A stretch of 32,000 bases of DNA from Nitrosospira multiformis ATCC 25196 (GCF_000196355.1 NC_007614.1:60001-92000); one strand, 5' to 3'; positions 1-8,318 are shown, counted from the first letter of the stretch. The notes: generated by a model from the letters alone, not told the origin. Numbers and translations: made by a program.

Positions 1-13
1 TCTATCCCTTCGC

Positions 14-454
14 CTAGCCCAAAGCCTGGGATCGCGTCCAGCGCACGATATCCTGTGTTGTCATTGCGCCCGCCTGGCGCGCAAGTTCCCGGCCGTCCTT
101 GAACAGGATGAGTGTCGGAATACTGCGAATGCGATACTGCGCGCCGACTGTTTGTTCCACATCGGTATTCACCTTCGCGAGGCGAACATGGGGCTCAAGC
201 AGAGCCGCCGCTTCTTTGAAGGCTGGCGCCATCATTTTGCAGGGTCCGCACCACGGTGCCCAGAAATCGACCAGCACTGGAACATCGTTTTTATTAATGT
301 AGCGTGCGAAGGTTGAACCGGTTAATTCCAATGGCTGGCCGGCGAATATCGGCTGATGGCATTGTCCGCAGTTGGGCTGCTCGCCGAGGCGCGCAGTGGG
401 GACACGGTTAATCGAGTGACAATGAGGGCAGACGAGATGCAGGGAATCACTCAT
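14..454 (-). CDS. trxC: Thioredoxin 2 (TrxC-type, N-terminal zinc ribbon)
   Basis: 146 aa ORF; N-terminal CPHC...CGQC zinc ribbon followed by thioredoxin fold with WAPWCGPCKM active site and IPTLILF. Confidence 0.94.
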   Translation of the reverse strand: MSDSLHLVCPHCHSINRVPTARLGEQPNCGQCHQPIFAGQPLELTGSTFARYINKNDVPVLVDFWAPWCGPCKMMAPAFKEAAALLEPHVRLAKVNTDVEQTVGAQYRIRSIPTLILFKDGRELARQAGAMTTQDIVRWTRSQALG

Positions 455-698
455 AAGAATTTACACATATCATCCAATAATTCCAATAATAGCCGGTAAA
501 CCGGGTACTTCCGTTTTCAATCCAGGACGATGACTATTTGCGGCGGGGAGTCACGCGGTAGCGGCAAAAAACATGACCAATGTTATTTATACATTCAACT
601 ACCGATTTTCCTGCGGCTATTCGATATTGCACCTGAACTAGAACTATACAGCCCAGGTGCTCATGGATACTAGCTTTAAGATACTCAATCTTTGCTAT

Positions 699-720
699 GG
701 GTACACACGGGGGTACACAC
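699..720 (+). promoter_or_regulatory. Tandem GGGTACACAC repeats (699-708, 711-720), candidate integrase arm-type sites at left end of element
   Basis: Direct reading: gggtacacacgggggtacacac, 12-bp period; mirrored by TGTACCC pair with the same 12-bp period at 11017-11035. Confidence 0.5.
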
Positions 721-837
721 CTTATCCAGTTCACTACGAATTAGCCACCAGATTTGCCCTTTTCAATATAAAGCAAATAACGTCGAAAGACGAGTTTCCG
801 GAGGAACAAATAGGGCACACCTACACCCATCAAGAAT

Positions 838-842
838 ATGAG
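838..842. repeat. Left target-site duplication ATGAG
   Basis: ATGAG at 838-842 identical to 2166-2170. Confidence 0.85.
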
Positions 843-880
843 TGTAGTAGCCCCCAATTGAACCGGACACAGATGCACTG

Positions 881-1306
881 ATGATAGGAGATAGGCATAT
901 GCCTGGTGCTATGCATAGTGCTTCAGGTTTGGATCGTATTGAAATCGTCACCGGGATCGAGCGCCGCAGGCGCTGGAGCCTGGGTGAGAAATTAAAAGCT
1001 GTTGAGGAATCCCGCTTGCCGGGCATGAGTGTCTCGTATGTGGCGCGAAAATATGGTATTGCTCCGAGCTTGTTATTTCGCTGGAGGAAGCTCATGACTG
1101 AAGGAGGCAAGGAAGCTGTTCGTAGCGATGATGCGGTAGTGTCTGCGGCCGAGGTGAAAGAGTTGAAGAAGCGGATCCGGGAGTTGGAGCGGGTTCTGGG
1201 CAAGAAAACCCTGGAGAACGAGATTCTCACGGAAGCGGTGAAGCTTGCGCATGAAAAAAAACTGATCTCGCGCATGCCCTTGCTGCCACCGGACGATTTG
1301 CCATGA
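881..1306 (+). CDS. IS3-family transposase OrfA (helix-turn-helix, leucine-zipper-like)
   Basis: RRRWSLGEKLKAVEES..GMSVSYVARKYGIAPSLLFRWRKLM plus the coiled C-terminus EVKELKKRIRELERVLGKKTLENEIL. Confidence 0.9.
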   Translation: MIGDRHMPGAMHSASGLDRIEIVTGIERRRRWSLGEKLKAVEESRLPGMSVSYVARKYGIAPSLLFRWRKLMTEGGKEAVRSDDAVVSAAEVKELKKRIRELERVLGKKTLENEILTEAVKLAHEKKLISRMPLLPPDDLP

Positions 1307-2151
1307 AGGCCATTGCAGACACCATGGGTGTGGCGCGCTCCCGTCTTGTGGAACGGATGAAGCCGCAGGAAAAGTCTTTTCGTTGCCGCTACAACAAGGC
1401 TGATGATGCCTGGCTGTTGCCCTTGATCCGCGAAATTGTGGATTGCCGCGCGACCTACGGATACAGAAGGATTTGCGCTCTCCTTAACCGCAAACTGGAG
1501 AGAATGGGCAAGCCTGCTGTCAATCACAAGCGGGTCTATCGCATCATGCGCCAGAATGGCCTGCTGCTGGCCCGATATACGGGCAAACAGCGCGTGCTGT
1601 CTCATGAAGGCAAGGTCATTACCTTGCGTTCCAATTTGCGCTGGTGTTCGGATGGTTTTGAGATTCCCTGCTGGAATGGGCAAGTAGTGCGTGTTGCCTT
1701 CGCCCTGGATTGCTGTGATCGTGAAGTCATCAGCCATGTTGCCACCACTGGCGGCATTACTGGGGAAATGGTGCGCGATCTGATGACTGAATCCGTTGAG
1801 CGGCGCTTCGGCACCGTTGACCTGCTCCCACACAGGGTGGAGTGGCTCAGCGACAATGGCAGCTGTTACACCGCCAGCGAGACAACTGCTTTTGCAAAGG
1901 ATATGGGCTTCATCAGCTGTTTTACTCCCGTCAGAAGTCCCGAATCCAACGGTATGGCCGAGGCCTTCGTCAAAACCTTCAAGCGGGATTACGTCTATGT
2001 CCATGATCGTCCCGACGCAAAAACCGTAATGGCGCAGCTTGACCAATGGTTCGAGGATTACAATGAATTCCATCCTCACAAGGGGCTGAAGATGAAGTCG
2101 CCAAGACAATTCATCCGCAGCCAGTTACTAACCGCATCCTGTCCGGTTTAA
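1303..2151 (+). CDS. IS3-family transposase OrfB (DDE integrase core)
   Basis: RNLRWCSDGF, VEWLSDNGSCYTA and SPESNGMAEAFVKTFKRDYVY give the DDE layout; overlaps orfA by ATGA. Confidence 0.92.
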   Translation: MKAIADTMGVARSRLVERMKPQEKSFRCRYNKADDAWLLPLIREIVDCRATYGYRRICALLNRKLERMGKPAVNHKRVYRIMRQNGLLLARYTGKQRVLSHEGKVITLRSNLRWCSDGFEIPCWNGQVVRVAFALDCCDREVISHVATTGGITGEMVRDLMTESVERRFGTVDLLPHRVEWLSDNGSCYTASETTAFAKDMGFISCFTPVRSPESNGMAEAFVKTFKRDYVYVHDRPDAKTVMAQLDQWFEDYNEFHPHKGLKMKSPRQFIRSQLLTASCPV

Positions 2152-2165
2152 TAGGGGCAACTCCA

Positions 2166-2170
2166 ATGAG
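2166..2170. repeat. Right target-site duplication ATGAG
   Basis: ATGAG at 2166-2170 identical to 838-842; interrupted gene is in frame when one copy is removed. Confidence 0.85.
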
Positions 2171-2590
2171 GGCAAACATTACATACACCTGAGAAGATAA
2201 AAAAGCGGTTGAGACAGCGTTATCTGAGCCAACAAGTTGGCCAAAGAATCCCATCACTATAAAACTTAGGCCAACGATAGAATCCACCTTAGTTGCGACC
2301 ACCTTTTTAAGGTCGTCCTCCTTGTAAAACGCGTCGGCTTCCGAATACTCTTGTTCCCCCTGTGAAGCAAACCCCCAAACAAGGATCAATGCACCGAGAA
2401 GATCATATAGCAACGCCACACGAGCAAGGGTAAACCAATCAAGCGATAACATTTAATTCTCCTTAGTTAAATAGGCCAAAAGGCTACCTCCTAGTATGCA
2501 AATATCATTATGACATGTCAATGCGAACTAGAAATTTTTTTGTGAACTACCTGCACTTTTGCAGACGTCTGCACTTTTCCCTGGACAAAC

Positions 2591-2623
2591 AAAAACCCCC
2601 TCATTTTTTAAGATGAGGGGGTT
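2591..2623 (-). terminator. Rho-independent terminator for the leftward element operon
   Basis: CCCCCTCAT (2596-2604) pairs with ATGAGGGGG (2613-2621); read on the minus strand it is followed by a T-run. Confidence 0.8.
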
Positions 2624-2654
2624 ACTTATACCTGGTGCGTTTAAGCTGCTTTAG

Positions 2655-3260
2655 TTAAAAAGGTGGATACACTCCTGTATCCCCCTTTCGAGCTGGTTTT
2701 TGCGATTGTACAGCGGTGTGCACCACTCCAGCATCAGTTAGCCCGGTCTCGATCTGGTCAATTTGTGCTTGGAGACTGGTATTTTCGGCCATAAGATTAT
2801 TTATTTCTGTCATCCGTTTTGGCATCGCAGGTCCAACAATGGTCGGGTATTCCATTTCTTGTACCGCTTTCCGCAGGCCTGCCTTTAGCTGGTCGCCCAG
2901 CATCCAAAATAATGCTACTTCGAGGTCATATACAGTAGCTTCATGATGGTCGTGTTCGCATGCTGTCAGGATTTTAAGCCCCCCCACTTTCCCTCTGTCT
3001 CCGACATAGTTGCAACCCGCGTCTTTGCCGTGGCAAGGATTTTTAGTGACAAGCTTCACCGCTTCTGCCAACTTTTGCGGATAGCGGTCTGCAATCCGAT
3101 CCATACGGGCAGCAAGCAGATCCGCCAGTTCTTCGCGAGGCGGAGGGAGGTTTTTGAGTTCCTCGATCCGGAGCTTATTCTTCCCTATTGTTGCCCGCAT
3201 CTTTTGGCACTCGTTACGAGCGTCTTCCAAAGTGCTTTTTACTTTTAACCAATCAAACAT
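2655..3260 (-). CDS. Hypothetical element protein, coiled-coil at both ends
   Basis: 201 aa ORF in the element operon; helical Lys/Glu/Leu-rich N-terminus, central Cys/His cluster (CHGKDAGC..CEHDHHE). Confidence 0.65.
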   Translation of the reverse strand: MFDWLKVKSTLEDARNECQKMRATIGKNKLRIEELKNLPPPREELADLLAARMDRIADRYPQKLAEAVKLVTKNPCHGKDAGCNYVGDRGKVGGLKILTACEHDHHEATVYDLEVALFWMLGDQLKAGLRKAVQEMEYPTIVGPAMPKRMTEINNLMAENTSLQAQIDQIETGLTDAGVVHTAVQSQKPARKGDTGVYPPF

Positions 3261-3302
3261 TATCGATATTCCTTTGTCTTTTCAGGTTTGTTTACCCACC
3301 GC

Positions 3303-4268
3303 TTACACGCGACGTAATATCTTGACGCTGCCTGCCGCAGCTGCGCGCGTGTAGGCCGTGAAGCCCTCGAGTGTCACGAATTCCTCACGAATCTGCGGAT
3401 CATTGCGCCACTGGGCAGCGCAGGATTCTTCCAGGGACATAGATATTTGCTCCTCCTTTTTCGTTGCCCTGGCTGCGCTGGGCATTGCGCCAGACGAAAC
3501 CAGGGTACTTTCAAACGTGCCAATGGCGTCAGCCAGTCCCGCCCTTACTGCCTCAACGCCAACCAATACCCCGCCTTGCCCGAAGTCGGAGTTGACCTTC
3601 ATTTCATTAACTCCGCGATACCGTGCAACCTTCGCGGTAAATACACTGGCAAGACTGTCGATTTCTTTCTGCAGGACCTGGAGCCCCTCAGGGGTCGCCG
3701 GATCAGGTCTTTTCTTGGGTGCATTGGAAGAAACGATCTGATGAAAAATGACTCCCTGCATTTGCTGGCGCGCCTTGTCATCAATGGCTGTGCCAACCAC
3801 CCCGATGCTGCCTACCAGAGCTGTATCGGAAATTGTGATGTGACTGGTAGCGGCTGCCAGCCAGTAAGCAGCGGAAGCTCCCATTCCGGAAACAAAAGAC
3901 TCTATTGGCTTGATGGATCGAGCCGAGAATATTTGGTCCGCCAGCGGAGATACTCCGGATACCACGCCTCCAGGCGAATCAATGTTCAATACGATCTTGT
4001 TAACGGACGAGTCAGCCAAGGCAGCGCTCAGGTCCTGCTGGATGGTTTCCACATCTGTGCCGCCAAAGAGCAGACTGAGGAAGCTTGCGCGTGGCGTGAT
4101 AGGGCCAGTGATATCGATAACTGCCACGCCGTCCTGCGAAACACTTTTGCGTTGGGATGCCGGAAACTTGAGGCCTGGACCGGCAGCGTGTGCGTTTCGG
4201 ATCAGGCTTTCAAAAGTTTCCTTGTGCAATGCCCAGGGGCGGCCAAAGAGTTCAGTATGAAGACTCAT
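3303..4268 (-). CDS. S49/SppA-like serine peptidase (phage head-maturation protease type)
   Basis: VAVIDITGPI, VLNIDSPGG, SGMGASAAYWLAAATSHI, GSIGVV motifs; typical of phage S49 peptidases. Confidence 0.85.
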   Translation of the reverse strand: MSLHTELFGRPWALHKETFESLIRNAHAAGPGLKFPASQRKSVSQDGVAVIDITGPITPRASFLSLLFGGTDVETIQQDLSAALADSSVNKIVLNIDSPGGVVSGVSPLADQIFSARSIKPIESFVSGMGASAAYWLAAATSHITISDTALVGSIGVVGTAIDDKARQQMQGVIFHQIVSSNAPKKRPDPATPEGLQVLQKEIDSLASVFTAKVARYRGVNEMKVNSDFGQGGVLVGVEAVRAGLADAIGTFESTLVSSGAMPSAARATKKEEQISMSLEESCAAQWRNDPQIREEFVTLEGFTAYTRAAAAGSVKILRRV

Positions 4269-5140
4269 AAGCTTTTCGCATCCGTAGACATATGCAATCC
4301 GGCTGATCTAAGCGCGTTTTCGATCTGCTCCTGGCTGAGCACGTCAGTAATCAAAGGCGGCAGTTCACCTTTTTCATCATCGCAATCCATGGCTTGGCGA
4401 AGGATGCGGCCATGATAGTCACTAAGATCATGATCATGTCTTGCCTGGAGCTCTTCTGAGCTGCCCCAAGCGTGAAGTGTGAGAACAGCTAGTTTTCCCA
4501 AAATATCCATGTACGATTTTCCTATATGAGTTGAGGGATTGATCGCAGTAGTCGATCGAGGTTGATCGTACGTATCGGCATGGAGGTGCAACAAGATGGA
4601 AGAGGTGCATGAAGCTGCGGCATGTTCCTGCACTATCTTCCTCAGCTGTCGCCAGTCACGAGGCACCATGCCCCCACCGAACTTGAAGGCAAAGAACAAT
4701 GCACGCCGAAAAGGAGTCATATCTTCCGGCGGAAGCGTGCGCTCCTCCAGCTGAGGCCAGAAGACCTCCTGGAAGATGTCAATTTGCTTGCTCAATTCAA
4801 GCCGGCGCTTGTGATCGGTAGGTTCATCAATCAATTCAAACGCACGCACGAGCCAGGTATTCCGTGCTTCGAATCTATCAACAGTTCGCCAATTACGTTG
4901 AGCCGCTGAAGGCGCAAGATTCATCACTTCATCGAGCGTGCGCTTCCCATTCACGTATTCACGGAATTTGGCTCTAACCCACAGAAGAGTTTCCGCAGGA
5001 ACCAATTCGCTATCAGGTGCGGTAAGCGCACGGATGTGTTCCTCTATATCGGGTGGAAGTCCACACTGTCTACCTGGTGGGGTTTCACCTCCCGTTGCCA
5101 GTTGCCTCCAATGATTTGCTTCGATGTGTGACGCACTCAT
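4265..5140 (-). CDS. Hypothetical element protein (291 aa)
   Basis: Open reading frame overlapping the S49 peptidase start by 4 nt (translational coupling); no recognised motif. Confidence 0.65.
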   Translation of the reverse strand: MSASHIEANHWRQLATGGETPPGRQCGLPPDIEEHIRALTAPDSELVPAETLLWVRAKFREYVNGKRTLDEVMNLAPSAAQRNWRTVDRFEARNTWLVRAFELIDEPTDHKRRLELSKQIDIFQEVFWPQLEERTLPPEDMTPFRRALFFAFKFGGGMVPRDWRQLRKIVQEHAAASCTSSILLHLHADTYDQPRSTTAINPSTHIGKSYMDILGKLAVLTLHAWGSSEELQARHDHDLSDYHGRILRQAMDCDDEKGELPPLITDVLSQEQIENALRSAGLHMSTDAKSL

Positions 5141-5330
5141 TGGTAAATCTCTCCAATGACCACCCTATTGACCACATAGACCACTCCGAACCGACCACCC
5201 CATGAGTTCAAAGTCACTAGCGCTTTTTTGGGGTCGTTCGTGCCGCATCTAAAAAACCTCCTGGAAGGACCCGTGAATTCTGGCTGGCAACCCCGTCCAG
5301 TTCTGCCCATCCCACACATATACATACCTA

Positions 5331-5540
5331 GGGTGAAATAAGTGAAATAAGTGAAGAAAGGCGTGGTTATTGGGTTTGAGCCAGATTGGTAAAAGTGAAA
5401 TAAGTGAAAAAAGGGTGATTTATATATAAAGTGATTTATATTATTTATAGTTATTTCACCTTTTTTCACCCTTTTTTCACCGTTAATATTCCTTTGAATA
5501 CCGCATGAATAGGCTTTCTTCACTTATTTCACCCTTTCTT
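5331..5540. repeat. Iteron-like array: 5 forward and 5 reverse GTGAA-type repeats flanking an AT-rich core (candidate replication origin)
   Basis: + strand GTGAAATAA/GTGAARAAAGG at 5333, 5342, 5351, 5395, 5404; minus-strand copies spanning 5451-5459, 5459-5469, 5470-5480, 5514-5523, 5524-5532; core 5415-5450 with two GTGATTTATA copies. Confidence 0.8.
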
Positions 5541-6923
5541 ATAAGCGTAATATCTCAATGCCGGTCTCCCGCCTGAGGCGCTATCCTTGCGTTCCTCCGC
5601 CAGTGGAGGCGCAAGGTTGAGCAACACCTCAAGCGCATGCTTCACCTGCTTGATATGCTTGCGGTTCCAGTGATCCTGCAAGGCTGTGAGGGTGATGCCA
5701 GGATTGGAAGTGATTAAGGACAGCACCTCGGCAACGAAAGGATCAATGCCGCCTTCATCATCCTGACAGTTGAAGATGTAGGTGACGCTAGCGTGCCAGT
5801 ACTCCACCCAGGCAATCGCCGCCCAAAGATCGCATGGCTCGATCTCAAGTCTTCCATCCATTGCAGCAAAGATCATGGCGAGCATTCGCGCATACATCTC
5901 AGATCGCGCCAGCAGGCTCCCTCCTTTGCCGTCCCTGTCCCGGGTAAGGCGTGGGTACTGCTCTATCCACAACTCGCGTGCAGCATCGCTCAGACGAACT
6001 TCCCGGGTGTTGTTCCCGTGGAGGTCACCTCCTGTTGCTGCCATTACTGCATCAGCTACGCGCGCCGCCAGCAGGCTCAGTGTTTCTTCAGGTGTGGGCT
6101 CAGGCAGAGGCACCAGCTTAGGGCGATACACGTACAGCATCATGAATCGATTCAGCAGCCCGTTTGCCACCTCGTTATCCGTCGATTTTTCGCGCAGCTC
6201 ATGGCTGGTGATGTGGCCCAGGATAACGACATGAGGCCGCGTGGCCTTGGTCTGATTGGTCTTGGTAAGCGGCTCCATATCCCGGCCATCGAAGAGATTG
6301 CGTATGGTTGCCGACAGTGTGTTGTTGTCGCGGCGCAGCTGCGAGAGCGTGTTGTCCATTTCGCTTTCAATCACCAGCAGGCGCTTATCCGCCACGCCAG
6401 CATCGGCCCCTTTGCCGTTGTCGTCAGCCTCGCGCGGGTCCCGTATCGCCCATGCCACCCCTTCACCAGTGGAAAGACCGCCAGCGTGAATCCGCAGGCG
6501 GTCATTGTTTCCTTGTCGTTTTCTAAGGATTTCATCTGCGCGGCGGAATATCTCACGTACCGTGGTTTCCGCCGTGCCCTTTCTGGCCTTGCCGCTCTTT
6601 CCAACAATGATCTGGAAGGCGCGGCAGTGAATCGAAGCATCTCCGATCTTCTGGAAAATGGAGCGGCCAGTCATCGCACAGAAGAAGGCCAGGACGTTCG
6701 ACGCCACGGCCACCGGATGCGCTTCGCTGTTGGAGCATGCTGCTTCGACGAACTTATGAACAAGAGGGGGGAAACCATCCTCATGCATGCGCGGCGGCGC
6801 CAAGGGAGTGTGAGTTTCAACCAGTTGTGGCCCCGGCAGCTTGCTCGCGCTCGCCTTCGCTGCCACCTTATCGAGGGCAACAGCGCCGCGCTCAATGCTT
6901 TGGGTATCGTCACGAATCGCCAT
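5529..6923 (-). CDS. DUF3987 / AAA-like replication (primase-helicase) protein
   Basis: 464 aa; P-loop-like IIVGKSGKARKGTAETT, Walker-B-like KRLLVIESEMDN, VVILGHITSHELREK, NRFMMLYVYR; characteristic of DUF3987-type mobile-element proteins. Confidence 0.75.
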   Translation of the reverse strand: MAIRDDTQSIERGAVALDKVAAKASASKLPGPQLVETHTPLAPPRMHEDGFPPLVHKFVEAACSNSEAHPVAVASNVLAFFCAMTGRSIFQKIGDASIHCRAFQIIVGKSGKARKGTAETTVREIFRRADEILRKRQGNNDRLRIHAGGLSTGEGVAWAIRDPREADDNGKGADAGVADKRLLVIESEMDNTLSQLRRDNNTLSATIRNLFDGRDMEPLTKTNQTKATRPHVVILGHITSHELREKSTDNEVANGLLNRFMMLYVYRPKLVPLPEPTPEETLSLLAARVADAVMAATGGDLHGNNTREVRLSDAARELWIEQYPRLTRDRDGKGGSLLARSEMYARMLAMIFAAMDGRLEIEPCDLWAAIAWVEYWHASVTYIFNCQDDEGGIDPFVAEVLSLITSNPGITLTALQDHWNRKHIKQVKHALEVLLNLAPPLAEERKDSASGGRPALRYYAYKKG

Positions 6924-7335
6924 TGCACACCTCGGTCGCCCTTTGCAATCGTGAAGCAGCCACCAGGAGGCGCTTTCTGTCTTCCTCTGAAAGCTCCACG
7001 CCTTTGGCTACATTCAGTGCCGCTATCGATACCAGGAGTGCTTCGAATGCCAGACAGCGCAAAATGTCGCTTGCATAAAATGGTTTCCGCTCTTTCTGGC
7101 CGCTGTAACCTTCCTGACGCTCTGGAAACAAATCTTCGAGGGAGAGTCCTACTGCCGCGAGAACATTGGAGGTTTCGCATCCCGCGAAGTCATGCAGGAG
7201 CACGCGCCCATCGTCCAGTTCTCTAATCGCGAGAGAGGGCCGTTTATCCCGATGAGCTGGGCAGCGTGCTATCCAGCGACCTCTCCCGGTTTGTTTCACT
7301 CCGTCCAGGCGGTTCAAAAGGGTAGAGGCGCTCAT
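6910..7335 (-). CDS. CHC2-type zinc-finger (primase N-terminal-like) protein, no Toprim domain visible
   Basis: RWIARCPAHRDKRPSLAIRELDDGRVLLHDFAGCETSNVLAAVGLSLEDLFP; overlaps the DUF3987-like ORF start. Confidence 0.75.
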   Translation of the reverse strand: MSASTLLNRLDGVKQTGRGRWIARCPAHRDKRPSLAIRELDDGRVLLHDFAGCETSNVLAAVGLSLEDLFPERQEGYSGQKERKPFYASDILRCLAFEALLVSIAALNVAKGVELSEEDRKRLLVAASRLQRATEVCNGDS

Positions 7336-7607
7336 GAGCCACCTGCCTTCTGCTGCTCAGCGTCATGCTCATCCAGCAGCGCGCTAGCCTTTTCGATTTG
7401 CTTTATCAGGTTTTGAAGCGTGTAGATAAAACCATATGCCTCCGGGGCGGATAACTCGAGCCTGCTCTCGAGCTCTGCTCTATTGGAGAGCGCTCCGCTC
7501 AGGAACTCAGCCACGTAGGTGGCCTCGCAGAGCATGTCCTGTGCTTCAATGAGTTTGTTGGTGGTAGACGCTTGAAGCGCTACTACTTGTGCGTTTTGCC
7601 TAGCCAT
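7332..7607 (-). CDS. Hypothetical small element protein
   Basis: 91 aa ORF overlapping the downstream CHC2 gene by 4 nt. Confidence 0.55.
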   Translation of the reverse strand: MARQNAQVVALQASTTNKLIEAQDMLCEATYVAEFLSGALSNRAELESRLELSAPEAYGFIYTLQNLIKQIEKASALLDEHDAEQQKAGGS

Positions 7608-8031
7608 GTTGCACCTCCTTTGAGGTCAACGTAGGAGCACTTTCAGAATCCCTGTCATAGGGCGTAGCTCCAGCTCGAAGTGCACGAAGTCCCACAATGG
7701 CAACGGCAGCCAGGGCTTTTGAGAACCCGCATTCAATCCCCCATCCGGTTGATTTCCAACCGACGTCATTAAAAACGTACTCCAGGGCTAAGCAGGCCTC
7801 GTATTCGTCAACTTCGGCGAGCGCGACAATTTCTGCGAAATATTGCAACCCGATATCAACACCCTCGTGCCAGTACCCTTCTGGATCGTGGGGGACACGC
7901 CAAATGCGCAGAAGATCGTGTTCATCCGGGGCCGCGAAAGAAAGGTCGCTGCGGGACCGGATTGATTTGGCAGGGAGAGGTTGAACAGCTTTGAGATGTG
8001 GCGCGGACGCACCCTTGAATGCCTTAGGCAT
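7600..8031 (-). CDS. Hypothetical element protein (start chosen at internal MPKAFKGAS)
   Basis: The longer ORF (to 8271) would run through a strong minus-strand terminator at ~8193-8218, so an internal start at 8031 is preferred. Confidence 0.5.
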   Translation of the reverse strand: MPKAFKGASAPHLKAVQPLPAKSIRSRSDLSFAAPDEHDLLRIWRVPHDPEGYWHEGVDIGLQYFAEIVALAEVDEYEACLALEYVFNDVGWKSTGWGIECGFSKALAAVAIVGLRALRAGATPYDRDSESAPTLTSKEVQHG

Positions 8032-8192
8032 AGCAAGACTCCTTTGTAAGCGGTTGATGTTCTCCGCTTCCCCGACGCCAATCGGGTGGGCGGAATCGTG
8101 CGAGTTGGCGTACCGGACAAAGGAACCGGCGAGCCCGAAGGCTCCCCACACGACCCGCCCGTAAAAAGGGCTTGCCGTACAACGGACGTAAA

Positions 8193-8218
8193 ATAAAAAA
8201 ACCGCCAAGAGGCGGTTG
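8193..8218 (-). terminator. Rho-independent terminator
   Basis: Minus strand: AACCGCC TCTT GGCGGTT followed by T-run. Confidence 0.75.
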
Positions 8219-8318
8219 TGTCCGCCTTTGTACCGAGACGCCAATCTCGACCACTGAATTTGCAGTGGCAAGCAAAGGATAAGCCCGAGCGAATGCGAAT
8301 GTCAAGGGCTGGCAGGGG

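Larger units (their letters stand above)
843..2165 (+). mobile_element. IS3-family (IS2-group-like) insertion sequence, ~1323 bp
   Basis: Two overlapping ORFs (orfA/orfB, -1 frame relation), imperfect terminal inverted repeats TGTAGTAGCCCCCAATTGAACCGGACA / TTGGAGTTGCCCCTATTAAACCGGACA, and 5-bp flanking duplication ATGAG. Confidence 0.9.
741..2452 (-). pseudogene. Small membrane protein gene interrupted by the IS (N-terminal part 2452..2166, C-terminal part 842..741)
   Basis: Removing the IS plus one ATGAG copy joins ...SSQVYVMFALI to FLMGVGVPYLFLRKLVFRRYLLYIEKGKSGG* in frame (384 nt, 127 aa plus stop). Confidence 0.85.

Noticed and set aside
763-2109. 448-aa minus-strand ORF across the IS
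   Set aside because: Antisense to the well-supported orfA/orfB transposase genes; amino-acid composition looks like an antisense artefact.
3447-4415. 322-aa plus-strand ORF
   Set aside because: Antisense to the S49 peptidase gene, whose catalytic motifs are clear.
5137-5523. 128-aa minus-strand ORF
   Set aside because: Covers the iteron array (SPFFHLFHFY...TPFFTYFTYFTL is the translated repeat); low-complexity artefact of the candidate origin.
5331-5540. CRISPR array
   Set aside because: Repeats are short (9-11 bp), occur on both strands and have no regular unique spacers; better explained as iterons.
5793-7226. 477-aa plus-strand ORF
   Set aside because: Fully antisense to the DUF3987-like and CHC2-like genes, which have clear motifs; no plausible motif of its own.
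8032-8271. N-terminal part of the 223-aa ORF
   Set aside because: It would read through a strong minus-strand intrinsic terminator (8193-8218); composition differs from the downstream part.
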